Assembly (NCBI GenBank): GCA_036785375.1
Contig: JAWMAR010000026.1
Location: 992,001 to 1,056,000, forward strand
Source of the DNA: Leucoraja ocellata
Taxonomy: Eukaryota
Length of the DNA: 64,000 nt
Direction of reading: 5' to 3'
Below are positions 1 to 12,087 of this stretch, one piece after another (the first letter of the stretch is position 1; each line of letters starts with the position of its first letter). The notes beneath the pieces were generated by a model that worked only from the letters and a program-made list of their open reading frames with translations, was not told the origin of the DNA and made no database searches. The translations under genes and the position numbers were made by a program.

Positions 1-59
1 AAAAACCCCAATGCCACTTCAATAGAGCTCTTAATTTTCCATTTAATAAAATTAATGAT

Positions 60-437
60 TTAGATACCAGGGATTTCTCTACATTCTCTGGCGTTAAAAA
101 AATAATCTTACAAAGCATCCCCTCAGGTGTGATAGGAAATACTTTGAACACAAAGTAGAACGTTCAATAAACCAGAGGACATATAGATTTAAGATAATTG
201 GCAAAAAAATGCCCAGCGGGGAGATGAGAATACTTTTGACTGTAGCATGCTATTATGATGTTTTGGCTGAATGGGTGCTGAGAACAGACTCAGCAGCAAA
301 TTTAAAAGGTAATATACTTGAAAACAGAATTAGTTTGCATGTCTGTGTGTAAAGAGAAAAGGGGATGGAGAGCTGTTGGAGGGAGATAGTGCAGACACAT
401 TTGGCTGCATGACATCATTCCATGCTGTGCCTTCTAT
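60..437 (+). mobile_element. Old, degenerate CR1 LINE 3' fragment
   Basis: Degenerate match to the CR1 ORF2 end and 3'UTR (accagaggacatatagatttaagataattgg ... catgctgtgccttcta), as seen in younger copies in this window. Confidence 0.45.
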
Positions 438-590
438 AAGTACAAAAATAAGTACTGCTCAAGTATTTTGAGAGTTTAAAAAACATTCTTACATTTTCAC
501 ATATTATACTCATCAGACAATACACGTTGGTGGACAATATGGAATATTTTTGTGAGCAGGTGCTTTACAACTAACATGAATAACAACTAT

Positions 591-880
591 GATAGACACA
601 AAATGCTGGAGTAACTCGGCGGGTCAGGCAGCATCTCTGGTGAAAAGCAGTAGGTGATGTTTCGGGTTGAGACCCTTCTTCTTCCTTTCGTCTGAAGAAG
701 GGTCTTGACCCAAAACATCACCTATTCCTTTTCTCCAGAGATGCTGCCTGACCCAGTGTAGTTATTGTCATGTGTACTGAGATATAGTGAAAAGCTTTTG
801 TTGAGTACTAACCAGTCTGAGTTACTCCAGTAAATTGTATCTATCTTTGGTGTAAACCCGTATCTGCAGTTCCATCCTAC
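591..880. mobile_element. Palindromic Penelope-derived element (inverted arms) containing a short Rex1 3'-end insert at ~755-816
   Basis: Arm gatagacacaaaatgctggagtaactc...gacccttctt is inverted as tctgaagaagggtc...ctgcagttccatcctac. Flanking direct repeat acatgaataacaact (574-588) / acatgaatagtaact (881-895). Confidence 0.75.
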
Positions 881-1069
881 ACATGAATAGTAACTGCACT
901 AGCAACCCTCTAGAGTCATAGAGCTGTACATCATGGAAACTGTCCTTAAACCCATCTTATCCATGCCGACCATATTGGCATTCTGTACTAGTCCTGTTTG
1001 CCTGCATTTGGCCGATACCTTCCTATTCACATATGTCTTTTGAAAGTTGTAATTGTATCCGCTTCTATA

Positions 1070-1383
1070 CATGGGTCGTAGAACCAGGGGACCTGGGGGG
1101 GCTGCAGCCCCTCCACTTTTTTGGTGAGACATGCTTCATAACCCCAAATTATCCAGCCCACAGACGTATTTTTTTCTTCTGCTGAGATCCGACATCCAGA
1201 ATCTCAGAACAAGCGCACAGTGAGCGCGGCAAAACCACGACCAGCCGTGGCGGAAACCGACGGCCCCCCCAAAACCCTCCCTCCCCTCAGCTCAACGGCC
1301 AATCACAGCACGGTTCACAGTCGAGGTATGGGGCAGTGAACGAAGCGATGTAATTAGCCGCCGAGCAGAAGGGAGGGAAGGTG

Positions 1384-1422
<39 letters not shown>

Positions 1423-1667
1423 CGAGAGAGAGCGAGAGTTGGCCTCAAGAGAGAGAGAGAGAGGGGGGAAGGGGGGGTTTGAGGGATATATCCCCCCCAC
1501 TTTTTGAGTTGGGGGATGGCCTGTACTATCCGCTAACTTTTGGAGGTCGAGCAATAACAAAAAATAATCATTGTGCCAACCTCCCACACCCTCCCCCCGA
1601 GGCCAGTGATCAGTGATCGCTCATCCCCCCCCCCCCCCCCACTTTCAAAAACGTTCCACCGTCCCTG
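1070..1667. mobile_element. Non-autonomous hAT-like DNA transposon (MITE)
   Basis: Imperfect TIRs catgggtcgtagaac / gttccaccgtccctg; subterminal cc(c/t)ccacttt motif present three times; interrupts a CR1 fragment; TSD degenerate (cttctata vs ctgctgta). Confidence 0.55.
1386..1462 (+). repeat. (GA)n microsatellite
   Basis: Visible GA run inside the MITE. Confidence 0.9.
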
Positions 1668-1816
1668 CTGTAGATTCCTCTGGCAGCTCATTCTAGATAC
1701 GGATCACGCTCTGAGTGAAAACGCTGCCCCTGTGAGCCTTCTTAAATTTCTCTCCTCTCTCCTTAACCCTATGCCCTCTAGTTTTAGAATCCTCTACCCC
1801 GAGAATGATTGGGCAT

Positions 1817-2881
1817 CAGGGCCGGCCTTAGGAGGTGCGAGGCCCAATTGGGAACAATTTTGGTGAGCCCCAGGTTCCCAGCCAAGGTCTGTAGATTCAT
1901 AGAAATATAATAATTAAAGTCTATTATAGACTTTATAGCTCTATGGTGGAATGGAAAGTAATCAAAATGTGCGCTTAAGAAGTGCATGCAACTTAATGGA
2001 CCAAACAGATCTAAGCTACATTATAATATAAAATTTCATACATGTAAGCCTACAAGTACAAACAAAATGTGTAAATCAACTCTGAAAAGTACAACACCAC
2101 TTGTTTTAGTGACTGTGAAATGAAAAAAAATAAAATTAAATAGATCCTGGAAAACCTATAACCATTGGTGAAAAACCAGTCCAGGCATTAAATGTTGGGC
2201 TTCAGCCCCATCCTACCCTTTGGGCTTCTATCCCATCCTAACCTAGTTGTGTGTGTTAGTTGTCTGTGCATTATGTGTGCGTGGGAGGGAGGGAGAGAAG
2301 GGAGGAAGGACAGAAGGGAGGGAGGGAAGTAGAGAAAGGAGGGAGGGAAGGAGAGAAAGAAGGGATGGAGCGAATGAGAGAAGGGAAAAGAGAGAGGAAG
2401 GAGGGAGGGAAGGAGAGAAGGGAGGGAGGGAAGAAGGGAAGGAGAGAAGGGAGGGAGAGGGCCGGCGTTGGGAGCGGATGTCGGGGTCCGGGCGGACGTG
2501 TGTGAGCTGAGGCCAATGTTTGTAAACCTTGCTCCAGCCCCGGCCCGGCCCAGCCCTCCGTGTATTGTTCACCGCGTCTCCCCGGGGAGAGAAAGAGGGG
2601 TGGGGCCGGGACTGTGTGCGTGAAGCATGGCGACTGGAGGGGCGGGAGCACTGCCGTGAGCGAACGACCCACTCCCCCTCTCCCCCTTCTCTATTCCCCC
2701 TCACACCCTCCTCCCCGTCTATCCCTTTCTTCCCCCTCCACTCCTCTACTCTCTCTCCAACCCTCTCTCCCCCCTCCACCCGGGGTACATCTACCCAATC
2801 CAAATTACTTTAGCACGGGGCCCCCTTACTCGCGGGACCCAATTGGGAGCATTCAGTCCAATCGTCTTAAGGCCGGCCCTG
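1817..2881. mobile_element. Non-autonomous hAT DNA transposon, 1065 bp
   Basis: Perfect 14-bp TIR cagggccggcctta / taaggccggccctg; 8-bp TSD ttgggcat (1809-1816) / ctgggcat (2882-2889); no transposase ORF. Confidence 0.88.
2283..2461 (+). repeat. Polypurine (GGGA/GAAG) low-complexity tract
   Basis: Almost pure A/G for ~180 nt; source of the spurious E/G/R-rich ORFs. Confidence 0.9.
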
Positions 2882-3027
2882 CTGGGCATTCACTTTATCC
2901 ACGCCCCTCATCAGTTTGTTCACCTAAGGTCACCTCTCAGCCTCCTACACGCCAAAGTAAAAAAGTCTTATCTTATCATTCCACTGACGATAACTCAAAC
3001 TGGCAAGTCCAGGTAACATCCTGGTGA

Positions 3028-3121
3028 AGAGAGACACAAAATGCTGCAGTAACTCAGCGGGACAGGCAGCATCTCTGGAGAGAAGAAATGGGTGATGTTT
3101 TGGGTCGAGACCCTTCTTCTG
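3028..3121 (-). mobile_element. Penelope-derived half element
   Basis: gagacacaaaatgctgcagtaactcagcgggacaggcagcatctctggag...gggtcgagacccttcttc. Confidence 0.7.
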
Positions 3122-3374
3122 CACCCTTTCCAACATACTTACTGCAAGGTGGAATTGAGAGGCACAATTAATATTGAATCATTCTAAAATGAAAATAAGT
3201 AATGTGTGTCAAAAGTTTCTAAATTATAACAAACTTGTGTCTGTGCCAAGAGTGTACCATGAGCTTCACTCAGAAACAATAGGTTACGTGATTGTGAGTG
3301 TGTTAGACCTTGGGGATGCTCCTTGATCTCATTGCAAATTAAACTTACTGCTTTGGGAGTTTATGCCAATCCTT

Positions 3375-3750
3375 TTTTTAATTCATTAGTAGGATGCCGA
3401 TGTCATTGGTAAGACTGGCGTCTGCTGATCATCTCTAATAGTCCCAGAAATGAATGGTTGCTTTGGCTTTCACGAGGTCAGTTAAAAGTCATCGACACTG
3501 CAATGGATCTTGAGTCACATATAACCCAGACTGGGTAAGGACTACAGATTTATTATCCTAAGGAACATTAGAGAACCAGATGGGCTTTTACACCAATCCA
3601 GTCATTTCATGGCCAAAATTACTGAGATTAGTTTTTTAATTCCAGATTTATTTAATTACTTGCATTTAAATTTTCCAGCTGTTCGGGTGGGATTTGAAGT
3701 CATGGTTTTGGATCCACTGCAGAAGATTTTGGATATTAGCCCAGCAACTT
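3375..3750 (-). mobile_element. Old tRNA-derived SINE of cartilaginous fish (non-HE1 family)
   Basis: Antisense B-box-like gtgggatttgaa near 3687; body ttttttaattccagatttatttaatt; related degenerate copy at ~18500-18850. Confidence 0.5.
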
Positions 3751-4969
3751 AATGAATGTACCATTAAACTCACCCATACTGGCTATAACATCCGTGATGG
3801 TTAAGGTAATGAAATCGCTGTTTAAAATGGGAGAGAGCTGCAGAGGCAGGAAAAGTGCCAGGTTTAATGATAGTGTTGGCTTCAGTGGAATGAATTTCAG
3901 AGGCAAAATATTATGTATCAATATGAATATATAGTATGTTTAATGCTGCTGACTGTGGAGGAATTTAGTTTAGTTTAGCTATGAGATACAGCATAGAAAA
4001 AGGCCCTTCACTCCATCGAGTCCATGCCGACCATCGATCACCCATTCACACCAGTTCTAAGCCAGGTCCACTTAAGATGTTACTCAGTTGCCTTTCGAAG
4101 CCAGCCACTTAATTGAGATCCTCAAAGACATCAGATATGGTGTGACCAAGCAAACTATCTACCTACCTACTCCACTGGATGACCTCACGCAGCTTCATGG
4201 AGTCGTTGGTATTTGGCTAAGAGAATAGGCAGGATCTCAGTTTAATTCCACGTTTAAAAGGTAGACCTTCTGGAAATGAAACAGGTACAGAACTGCAGTC
4301 AACTGAAACGTTATGCTCCATTTTCTGAGGTGTGAGAATACGCTCACAAATGGGTAACTCACGGAGTAATCCCTCACTCATTTACGCGTCACCCATTGTG
4401 AAAGAGTTGCTCGTCCAGTTCTGATTAAAGTTTCCCCTCTCACCTTACCCCTCTCTGCTCTAGTCCTCTAGTCCTTGATTCTCCAACCATGGGGAAAAAA
4501 CAAACGATGTGTATGTTGCCCTGCTACTGAAGGAGGTAAGAGAAGGAACAAGAGTGATGTCACCATTGCATCAGTCCCAAATGTGCATCAAGCATGGCGA
4601 CGGCTAGATCAGTAAAGGTCGTAGTAAAATTTTGCATCTGTATTACAAACCTGGCTCAATTTCTTTCCCACTGGAATAGGTCCTATTTATTTACATTTTA
4701 AAACTTGTCGACTCAGACAAATAGCCACAGCTTGAGAGAGCGGCGGTTTAATCAAGGTGGCCAGAAGGACAAATGTCATTGTATCCAAAGACGCACAGAA
4801 TGTAATCATACATCCCCAGAATCACCTTAAAGGGACTGCATCGCTGTCTTTGCACATGTTCTCTTTGTATCTCCAGATTCAACTCGTGTGAACTAGGAAC
4901 TGTCTTGGTTGCACTGGTGACTTCTGGCTTTTGTGTTGCACTAATATAGTTTTTATTTTAAATTTGAGT

Positions 4970-5285
4970 CATACTGCATGGAGACAGAACCTTCGGCCCA
5001 ACTTCCTTACACCGACCAACATGCCCCATCTTCACAGGTCCACCACCTTGTGTTTGGCCCGTATCATAAGTTCATAACTCAGAGGAGCAGAATTAGGCCA
5101 TTTGTTCCATCAAGTCTACTCAGCCATTCAATCATGTCTGATCCATCTTTGCCTCTCAATCCCATTCTCCTGCCTTCTTCCCATAATCCGTGGCACTGTA
5201 CCAAAATATTCCTCTAAACGTATCCTATCCATGTACCTGTCTGAATACTTCTTAAACATTGCGATAGTACCAGCCTCAACTACCT
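4970..5285 (-). mobile_element. Two nested CR1 3'-end fragments
   Basis: gagtcatactgcatggagacag...ttggcccgtat is interrupted by a cataagttcata-tailed CR1 end (~5066-5190) and resumes at ~5205. Confidence 0.6.
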
Positions 5286-5560
5286 TTTATTGTGTTATGT
5301 ATTAGTGTGTTTACAGACCTGTCGAGCTGCTGCAAGTAAAGGGCCTGTCCCATGAGCATGCGACTGCATGCGGCAAGTGCGACCAAACCGGAAGCGGGGG
5401 CCGCGCGGGGGCCACGCAGAGGTCGAGTGATCCCTGTACAGGGCCTGTCCCACCAGCATGCGACTGCTTGCGGCGAGCGCGACCAAACCGGAAGCGGGAG
5501 ACACGCAGAGGTCGAGTAATCCCGCACGAGTTGGCGTGAAGTTCGAGTGAAGGCGTATGC

Positions 5561-5630
5561 CGTCAAGACGCTGCGTACGGCGTCAAGACGCTGCATACGG
5601 CGTCAAGACGCTGCATACGGCGTCAAGACA
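5561..5630 (+). repeat. 20-bp tandem repeat cgtcaagacgctgc(g/a)tacgg x~3.5
   Basis: Directly visible inside the MITE. Confidence 0.9.
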
Positions 5631-5749
5631 TTGCGCACGCCCGTCGAGGCGGTGCGTACGGCCTCAATGTGGCTGCGGGCCAGCAGGACGTTGCCGCGCG
5701 GAATTTTTGGAAAGTGTCAGTTTTTCAGAGCCCCGCGTGATGTCGGGAC

Positions 5750-8641
5750 CATAGAAACATAGAAACATAGAAATTAGGTGCAGGAGTAGGCCATTCGGCC
5801 CTTCGAGCCTGCACCGCCATTCAATAGGATCATGGCTGATCATCCAACTCAGTATCCCGTACCTGCCTTCTCTCCATACCCCCTGATCCCCTTAGCCACA
5901 AGGGCCACATCTAACTCCCTCTTAAATATAGCCAATGAACTGGCCTCAACTATCCTCTGTGGCAGAGAGTTCCAGAGATTCATCACTCTCTGTGTGAAAA
6001 AAGTTTTTCTCATCTCGGTTTTGAAGGATTTCCCCCTTATCCTTAAGCTGTGACCCTTTGTCCTGGACTTCCCCAACATCGGGAACAATCTTCCTGCATC
6101 TAGCCTGTCCAACCCCTTAAGAATTTTGTAAGTTTCTATAAGATCCCCTTTCACTCACCTAAATTCTAGAGAGTATAAACCAAGTCTATCCAGTCTTTCT
6201 TCATAAGACAGTCCTGACATCCCAGGAATCAGTCTGGTGAACCTTCTCTGCACTCCCTCTATGGCAATAATGTCCTTCCTCAGATTTGGAGACCAAAACT
6301 GTATGCAATACTCCAGGTGTGGTCTCACCAAGATCCTGTACAACTGCAGTAGAACCTCCCTGCTCCTATACTCAAATCCTTTTGCTATGAAAGCTAACAT
6401 ACCATTCACTTTCTTCACTGCCTGCTACACCTGCATGCTTACTTTCAATGACTGGTGTACCATGACACCCAGGTCTCGCTGCCTCTCCCCTTTTCCTAAT
6501 CGGCCACCATTTAGATCATAGTCTGCTTTCCTGTTTTTGCCACCAAAATGGATAACCTCACATTTATCCACATTATACTGCATCTACCAATCATTTGCCC
6601 ACTCACCCAGCCAATCCAAGTCACCTTGCAGTCTCCTAGCATCCTCCTCACCGCTAACACTGCCTCCCACTTAGCGTCTTCCGCAAGCTTGGAGATATTG
6701 CCTTCAATTCCCTCATCCAGATCATTAATATATATTGTAAATAGCTGGGGTCCCAGCACTGAGCCTTGCGGTACCCCACTAGTCACTGCCCGCCATTGTG
6801 AAAAGGACCCGTTTACTCCTACTCTTTGCTTCCTGTTTGTCAGCCAGTTCTCTATCCACATCAATACTGAACCCCCAATGCCGTGTGCTTTAAGTTTGTA
6901 TACTAATCTCTTATGTGAGACCTTGTTGAAAGCCTTCTGGAAGTCCAGATACACCATATCCACTGGTTCTCCCCTATCCACGCTACTAGTTACATCCTCG
7001 AAAAATTCTATAAGATTCGTCAGACATGATTTACCTTTCGAAAATCCATGCTGATTTTGTCCAATGATTTCACCACTTTCCAAATGTGCTGCTATCCCAT
7101 TTTAATAACTGACTCTAGTTGTTTCTCCACTACCGATGTTAGACTAACTGGTCTGTAATTCCCCGTTTTCTCCCTCCCTCCCTTCTTAAAAAGTGGGGTT
7201 ACGTTTGCTACCCGCCAATTCTCAGGAACTACTCCAGAATCTAAAGAGTTTTGAAAGATTATTACTAATGCATCCACTATTTCTGGAGCTACTTCCTTAA
7301 GTACTCTGGGATGCAGCCTATCTGGCCCTGGGGATTTATCGGCCTTTAATCCATTCAATTTACCCAACACCACTTCCCGACTAACCTGGATTTCACTCAA
7401 TTCCTCCAACTCCTTTGACCCGCGGTCCCCTGCTATTTCCGGCAGATTATTTATGTCTTCCTTAGTGAAGACGGAACCAAAGTAGTTATTCAATCGGTCC
7501 GCCATATCCTTGTTCCCCTTGATCAACTCACCTGTTTCTGACTGCAATGGACCTACATTTGTTTTAACTAATCTCTTTCTTTTCACATATCTATAAAAAC
7601 TTTTGCAGTCAGTTTTTATGTTCCCTGCCAGTTTTCTTTCATAATCATTTTTTCCTTTCCTAATTAAGCCCTTTGTCCTCCTCTGCTGGTCTCTGAATTT
7701 CTCCCAGTCCTCTGGTATGCTGCTTTTTTCTGGCTAATTTGTACGCATCATCCTTCGCTTTGATACTATCCCTGATTTCCCTTGTTATCCACGGATGCAC
7801 TACCTTCCCTGATTTATTCTTTTGCCAAACTGGGATGAACAATTTTTGTAGTTCATCCATGCAGTCTTTAAATGTCTTCCATTGCATATCCACCGTCAAC
7901 CCTTTTAGAATTAATTGCCAGTCAATCTTGGCCAATTCACGTCTCATACCCTCAAAGTTACATTTCTTTAAGTTCAGAACCATTGTTTCTGAATTAACAA
8001 TGTCACTCTCCATCCTAATGAAGAACTCAACCATATTATGGTCACTCTTGCCCAAGGGGGCACATACAACAAGACTGCTAACTAACCCTTCCTCATTACT
8101 CAATACCCAGTCTAAAATAGCCTGCTCTCTCGTTGGTTCCTCTACATGTTGATTTAGATAACTATCCCGCATACATTCCAAGAAATCCTCTTCCTCAGCA
8201 CCCCTGCCAATTTGATTCACCCAATCTATATGTAGATTGAAGTCACCCATTATAACTGTTTTGACTTTGTCGCACGCATTTCTAATTTTCTGTTTGATAC
8301 CATCTCCAACTTCACTACTACTGTTAGGTACCCTGTACACAACACCCACCAGCGTTTTCTGCCCCTTAGTGTTTCGCAACTCTACCCATACCGATTCCAC
8401 ATCCTCCAAACTAATGTCCTTCCTTTCCATTGCATTAATCTCCTCTCTAACCAGCAACGCTACCCCACCTCCTTTTCCTTTCTCTCTATCCCTCCTGAAT
8501 ATTGAATATCCCTGGATGTTCAACTCCCAGCCTTGGTCACCCTGGAGCCATGTCTCCATGATCCCAACTATATCATAATCATTAATGGCTATCTGCACGT
8601 TCAACTCATCCACCTTATTACGAACACTCCTTGCATTGAGA
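5750..8641 (-). mobile_element. 5'-truncated CR1 LINE, ~2.9 kb, young subfamily with (CTATGTTT)n tail
   Basis: catagaaa x3 tail at 5750; complete ORF2-derived sequence; gacca at both junctions (5747-5751 and 8640-8644). Confidence 0.95.
5849..8640 (-). pseudogene. Disrupted CR1 ORF2 (AP endonuclease + reverse transcriptase)
   Basis: EN motifs LNARS, ETW, GVVYR, MGDFN, LDWV, SDH. RT motifs [36 protein letters not shown]. Catalytic FADD has decayed to LAED; the ORF is broken into five pieces by frameshifts. Confidence 0.93.
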
Positions 8642-8879
8642 CCAGCTCCGCACAACTCCATACGGCTCCGGCGATCGAAGTTGGACCGGCCCCACAAGGC
8701 CGTACGGCTCAAGCGACCACGTTAGGTTGCGCTTGCTGCATGTAGTCGCATACTCGTGGGACAGGCCCTTTAGAATTTCATTGTTCTGCTTTTGGTACAT
8801 TTGACAATTAAACACTCCTGAGTCGTGACTCTTGACGATTTGAAAACTACTGTAATTGTCTCCACTTCCATCATCTCGC

Positions 8880-9625
8880 GAAATGCCACAGTTTTTTGCA
8901 GCTAATGAAGTGTCTTCACCATCATCATGTAGGAATCACGGCAGCCATTTTGTGCACAGTAAGCTCCCATGGGTAAACGTGACTGATTCATCTGATTTTA
9001 AAGGTGTTGAATGCGAGATAAGTACTGGTCTGAACAATCGGGCAACTCTTCAATCTGCTGCAAAGTGTCCTCTGCACCTTTAGAGACTTTAGAGGTACAA
9101 AATGGAAACAGGCCTACCCAGTCCATGCCGACCAGCGATCACCCCATGAACTAACACTACCCTACACACGAGGGACAATTTACGATTTTTTACCAAAGCC
9201 AATTAACCTACAATCCTATACGTATTTGGAATGTGGGAGGAAACCGGAGCACCTGGAGAAAACCCACGAGGTCACAGGGAGAACGTACAAACTCCGTACA
9301 GGCAGCACCAGTAGTCAGGATCAAACCCAGGTTTCTGCTGCTGTAAGGCAGCAACTCTACCACTGTCCCACCTTTGGGAAAGCAGCCTCCTACTTGAGAA
9401 AGCTGAACATCACATGCCTAAGGATACAAAGTGCAATGCTACTTAAGTACTGCATTATGATATATGTGTCTAGATTTTCCGCTGTCGAGCTACTTCAGGG
9501 AGAATCCCTTTTCGTACACACAGCAGCCATGGAATCTTGTAGATCTACCAAAGACCGCAGACAAAACCTCACTGCGACGTTTGATCCAAAGAGCCGCACC
9601 TCTGACTGCGCAACAACCCTTGACA
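8880..9625 (-). mobile_element. Very old Deu-domain-like SINE relic interrupted by an HE1 copy
   Basis: Antisense tail tgtaggaatcacggcagccattttgtgcacagtaagctccca (~8928-8969) and core gacgtttgatccaaagagccgcacctctgactgcgca (~9576-9612). Confidence 0.35.
9078..9372 (-). mobile_element. HE1-type V-SINE
   Basis: tRNA-like head, V-core (gtgggaggaaaccggagcacctggagaaaacccac) and CR1-derived tail. Confidence 0.88.
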
Positions 9626-10093
9626 TTTTAAATAGTTCTCAGGTTAGTCCTAACCCAGCAAGAGGTACCACACTATCTACAATTTTAATTCACGTAGCTC
9701 CAGGAACTAGAGACTCTTCCCCTTTCCATCCTCCTCGTTTTCTCCCCTTAGGTGTTGCATTTTCACGAAGCCAAGCTATTTTTACTCGTCAACATATTGC
9801 TAGTTACCTGGTCTTCTCTCCCACTCCAGGTATTTGGCTGCTCTGAGTCTTGGCCTGTCTCCTAGGTTTCCCAATGATTGATGCTCTTGTCCGCTTCCTG
9901 CATCAGCTCAATTCTCTCTGGCTGTTACCATCCTGCCGACCACTGAGATATGAACAGCACCCAAGGGACTTGGGTTACAGCTCACGCTTTCAGTGGTCAA
10001 TCTATTGTGACAAAAGCATGCTATTCTATTCGAAGTTTTAAAAATGTTTTTAGGGTTGTTTTTTAATGCAAAGCAAAAACACAGGGAAAGACA

Positions 10094-10750
10094 CTTGGTC
10101 ACCATGTTATCGGAAAGATGTTGTCAAGCGTGAAAGAGTTCAGAGAAGATTTACCAGAATGTTGCCAGGATTCGTGCAACTGAGTGGTCGGGAGAGGTTG
10201 AGCAAACTAGGGTTTTATTCCTTGGAGCGCAGGAGGATGAGCGGTGATCTTATAGAGGTGTACAAAATCATGGGAGGAATAGATCGGGTAAACGTATTTT
10301 GCCCAGAGTGCGGAAGTTGAAATTGGGTTTAATGTGATGGGGGGGGGGGGTAGATTTATTGGGAACCCGAGGGGTAACTTTTTTACACAAAGGGTGGTAG
10401 GTGTATGGTACAAGCTACTGGAGGAGGTAATTGAGACAGGTACTATAGCAACATTTAAGAAACATTTAGACAGGTGCTTGGATAGGGTAGGTTTAAAGGG
10501 ATATGGGCCTGAAGCAGGCAGATGGGGCTACATTTTATATAGGATATGTTGGTCAGCATGCGCAAGTTGGGCCGAAGGGAATGTAACATGCTGGATGACT
10601 CTATCTATGTCTCTATGACTTGGACAGATACCTGGATAGGAGGGATATGGGCCAAGTGCGGCAAATGAGCCTAGCTTAGTTAGGCATCTTGGTCAGCATG
10701 GACGCGTTGGACCAAAGGGCCTGTTTCCGTGCTGTATGACTATGACTCTA
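10094..10750 (+). mobile_element. CR1 3' fragment with a second 3' end in tandem
   Basis: Translates WSPCYRKDVVK..VQRRFTRMLPG and RGNFFTQRVVGVW; two tails ending ~10619 and ~10750. Confidence 0.85.
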
Positions 10751-10850
10751 AATTGATAAATAGCCAGAAAAGAGCAGAAAATCAAAATCAAAATACTGCA
10801 GATGCTGGAAATATGAAATGAAAACACTCAGCATGATGTCTGGCTGGTTT

Positions 10851-11140
10851 TGTTTAGAGAGATAGCATTGAAGCTGGCCCTTTGGCTCATGGAGTCCGCA
10901 ATGACCATGGATCATCCATTCTCACTAATTCTGTTATCCCACTCTTTCATGCATTGTGTACACAATTATCCTCCAATCCCAGTCATCTTTGGTACGTGGG
11001 AGGAAACCAGAGCACAAAGAGCAACCCCATGCAGTCACTGAGAGAACATGCAAATTCCACGCAGACAGTACCCAAGGTCAGAATCGAACCCAGGTCTCTG
11101 GCACTGTGAGGCAGCAGTTCTACCCGTGCACCACTGCGCC
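10851..11140 (-). mobile_element. HE1-type V-SINE (older variant)
   Basis: V-core and antisense tRNA head atcgaacccaggtctctggcactgtgaggcagcag. Confidence 0.8.
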
Positions 11141-11739
11141 ATCCTGGCTGAGGATTTCCAGTGTTTTGATCAGATAAAAATACAAAGAGGCAATTCCATA
11201 GAAATGTTTCTTAAATTTACTTAACATCCATCAATTAGTACAATCTGGTAAGAGTCATATTCGTGAATGACGTACTACATGAGAAGGCTGGTCGGCCCAT
11301 TACATGCAGCCACAATTTTAAAGAGCAGCCCAATGAAACCCATCTCCTTTCTCATCCCAAAAGTCACCAACATTACAGAATGACACATCGCAGGAACAGG
11401 CAATAGTCCTTTCTCGTGGCATAGCTGTTCTATTAAAGATCAGTTGGAGGATAGCATGGTGATCATCTGCAAAAAAGTCTAGTCATTCTCCTGCAGTCAC
11501 CATGTTACCTAATCCAAACACTATTGCCTGTCAAAATGTGGAAGACATTTAAAATCAGAACTGACCTAAAACGAACTAAACCTCTGCCTTAAATTACAAC
11601 ATTATGTAAAATATCGCAGACAGTGAAGACTCATCAAGAGGCTTGAACATTTTAAGCCATGTGAACTCTGTTTATCTGGTTGATTGTATTAATTCCTGGA
11701 ATAAAAGGATGTACCTTTAGGAAGGAGATGATGAGAAGG

Positions 11740-11948
11740 ATTATTTTTAGTGAATGTGGAATTCATTGCCACAAGACTGTTGAGGCCAATTAATATTTTT
11801 AAGGCAGAAATTTATATTTTTGATTAATACGGGTATCAGGGGTTATGGGGAAAAGGCAGGAGAATGGGTTGAAAGAGAAAGACAGATCAGCCATGATTGA
11901 ATGGTGGAGTAGACTTGATGGACCGAATGGCCTGACTCTGCTCTTAAC
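11740..11948 (+). mobile_element. CR1 3' end
   Basis: ggttatggggaaaaggcaggagaatgg...cagccatgattgaatgg...gaatggcctgactctgctc. Confidence 0.75.
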
Positions 11949-12087
11949 ACTTAAGAACATTAATTTATTTTCATTAACTGATGATATCAAACCATTTAAG
12001 CATGTTTGACTCTCACCACACAATCCTCATCTGTGAATCCAAAATCACTATTCTGTCAGCTCTGTGGCAAAGTTATTTGGTCCACGA

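Larger units (their letters stand above)
911..3135 (-). mobile_element. CR1 LINE 3' fragment split by two hAT-type MITEs and a Penelope-derived half element
   Basis: CR1 tail tagagtcatagag at 911. CR1 sequence resumes co-linearly at ~1668-1816, 2882-3027 and 3119-3135. Confidence 0.7.
5340..8769. mobile_element. PIF/Harbinger-type MITE (5340-5751 plus 8640-8769) split by a CR1 insertion
   Basis: ~45-bp TIR agggcctgtccca(t/c)gag(c/t)atgcgact... at both ends; TWA target (taa 5337-5339 / tta 8770-8772). Removing the element restores a Rex1-type tail gctgcaagtaagaatttcattgttc. Confidence 0.82.

Noticed and set aside
591-880. Interpreting the palindromic repeats as DNA-transposon MITEs or pre-miRNAs
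   Set aside because: Unequal arms, variable 12-16-bp TSDs and linkage to a GIY-YIG relic favour a Penelope origin; multi-copy and degenerate, with no miRNA evidence
2243-3027. Several 80-190-aa ORFs rich in E/G/R or P/S/L
   Set aside because: Translations of purine/pyrimidine low-complexity tracts inside a MITE
5561-5630. Regular 20-bp repeats (and the cttcgac array at 41610-41850) resembling a CRISPR array
   Set aside because: Head-to-tail repeats without unique spacers, inside eukaryotic MITEs, no cas genes
6548-8578. Plus-strand ORFs of 113-168 aa
   Set aside because: Antisense shadows of CR1 ORF2
9226-9846. 206-aa ORF (MECGRKPEHLEK...)
   Set aside because: Begins in an antisense HE1 SINE; the same pseudo-peptide recurs at many SINE copies; no domain recognised
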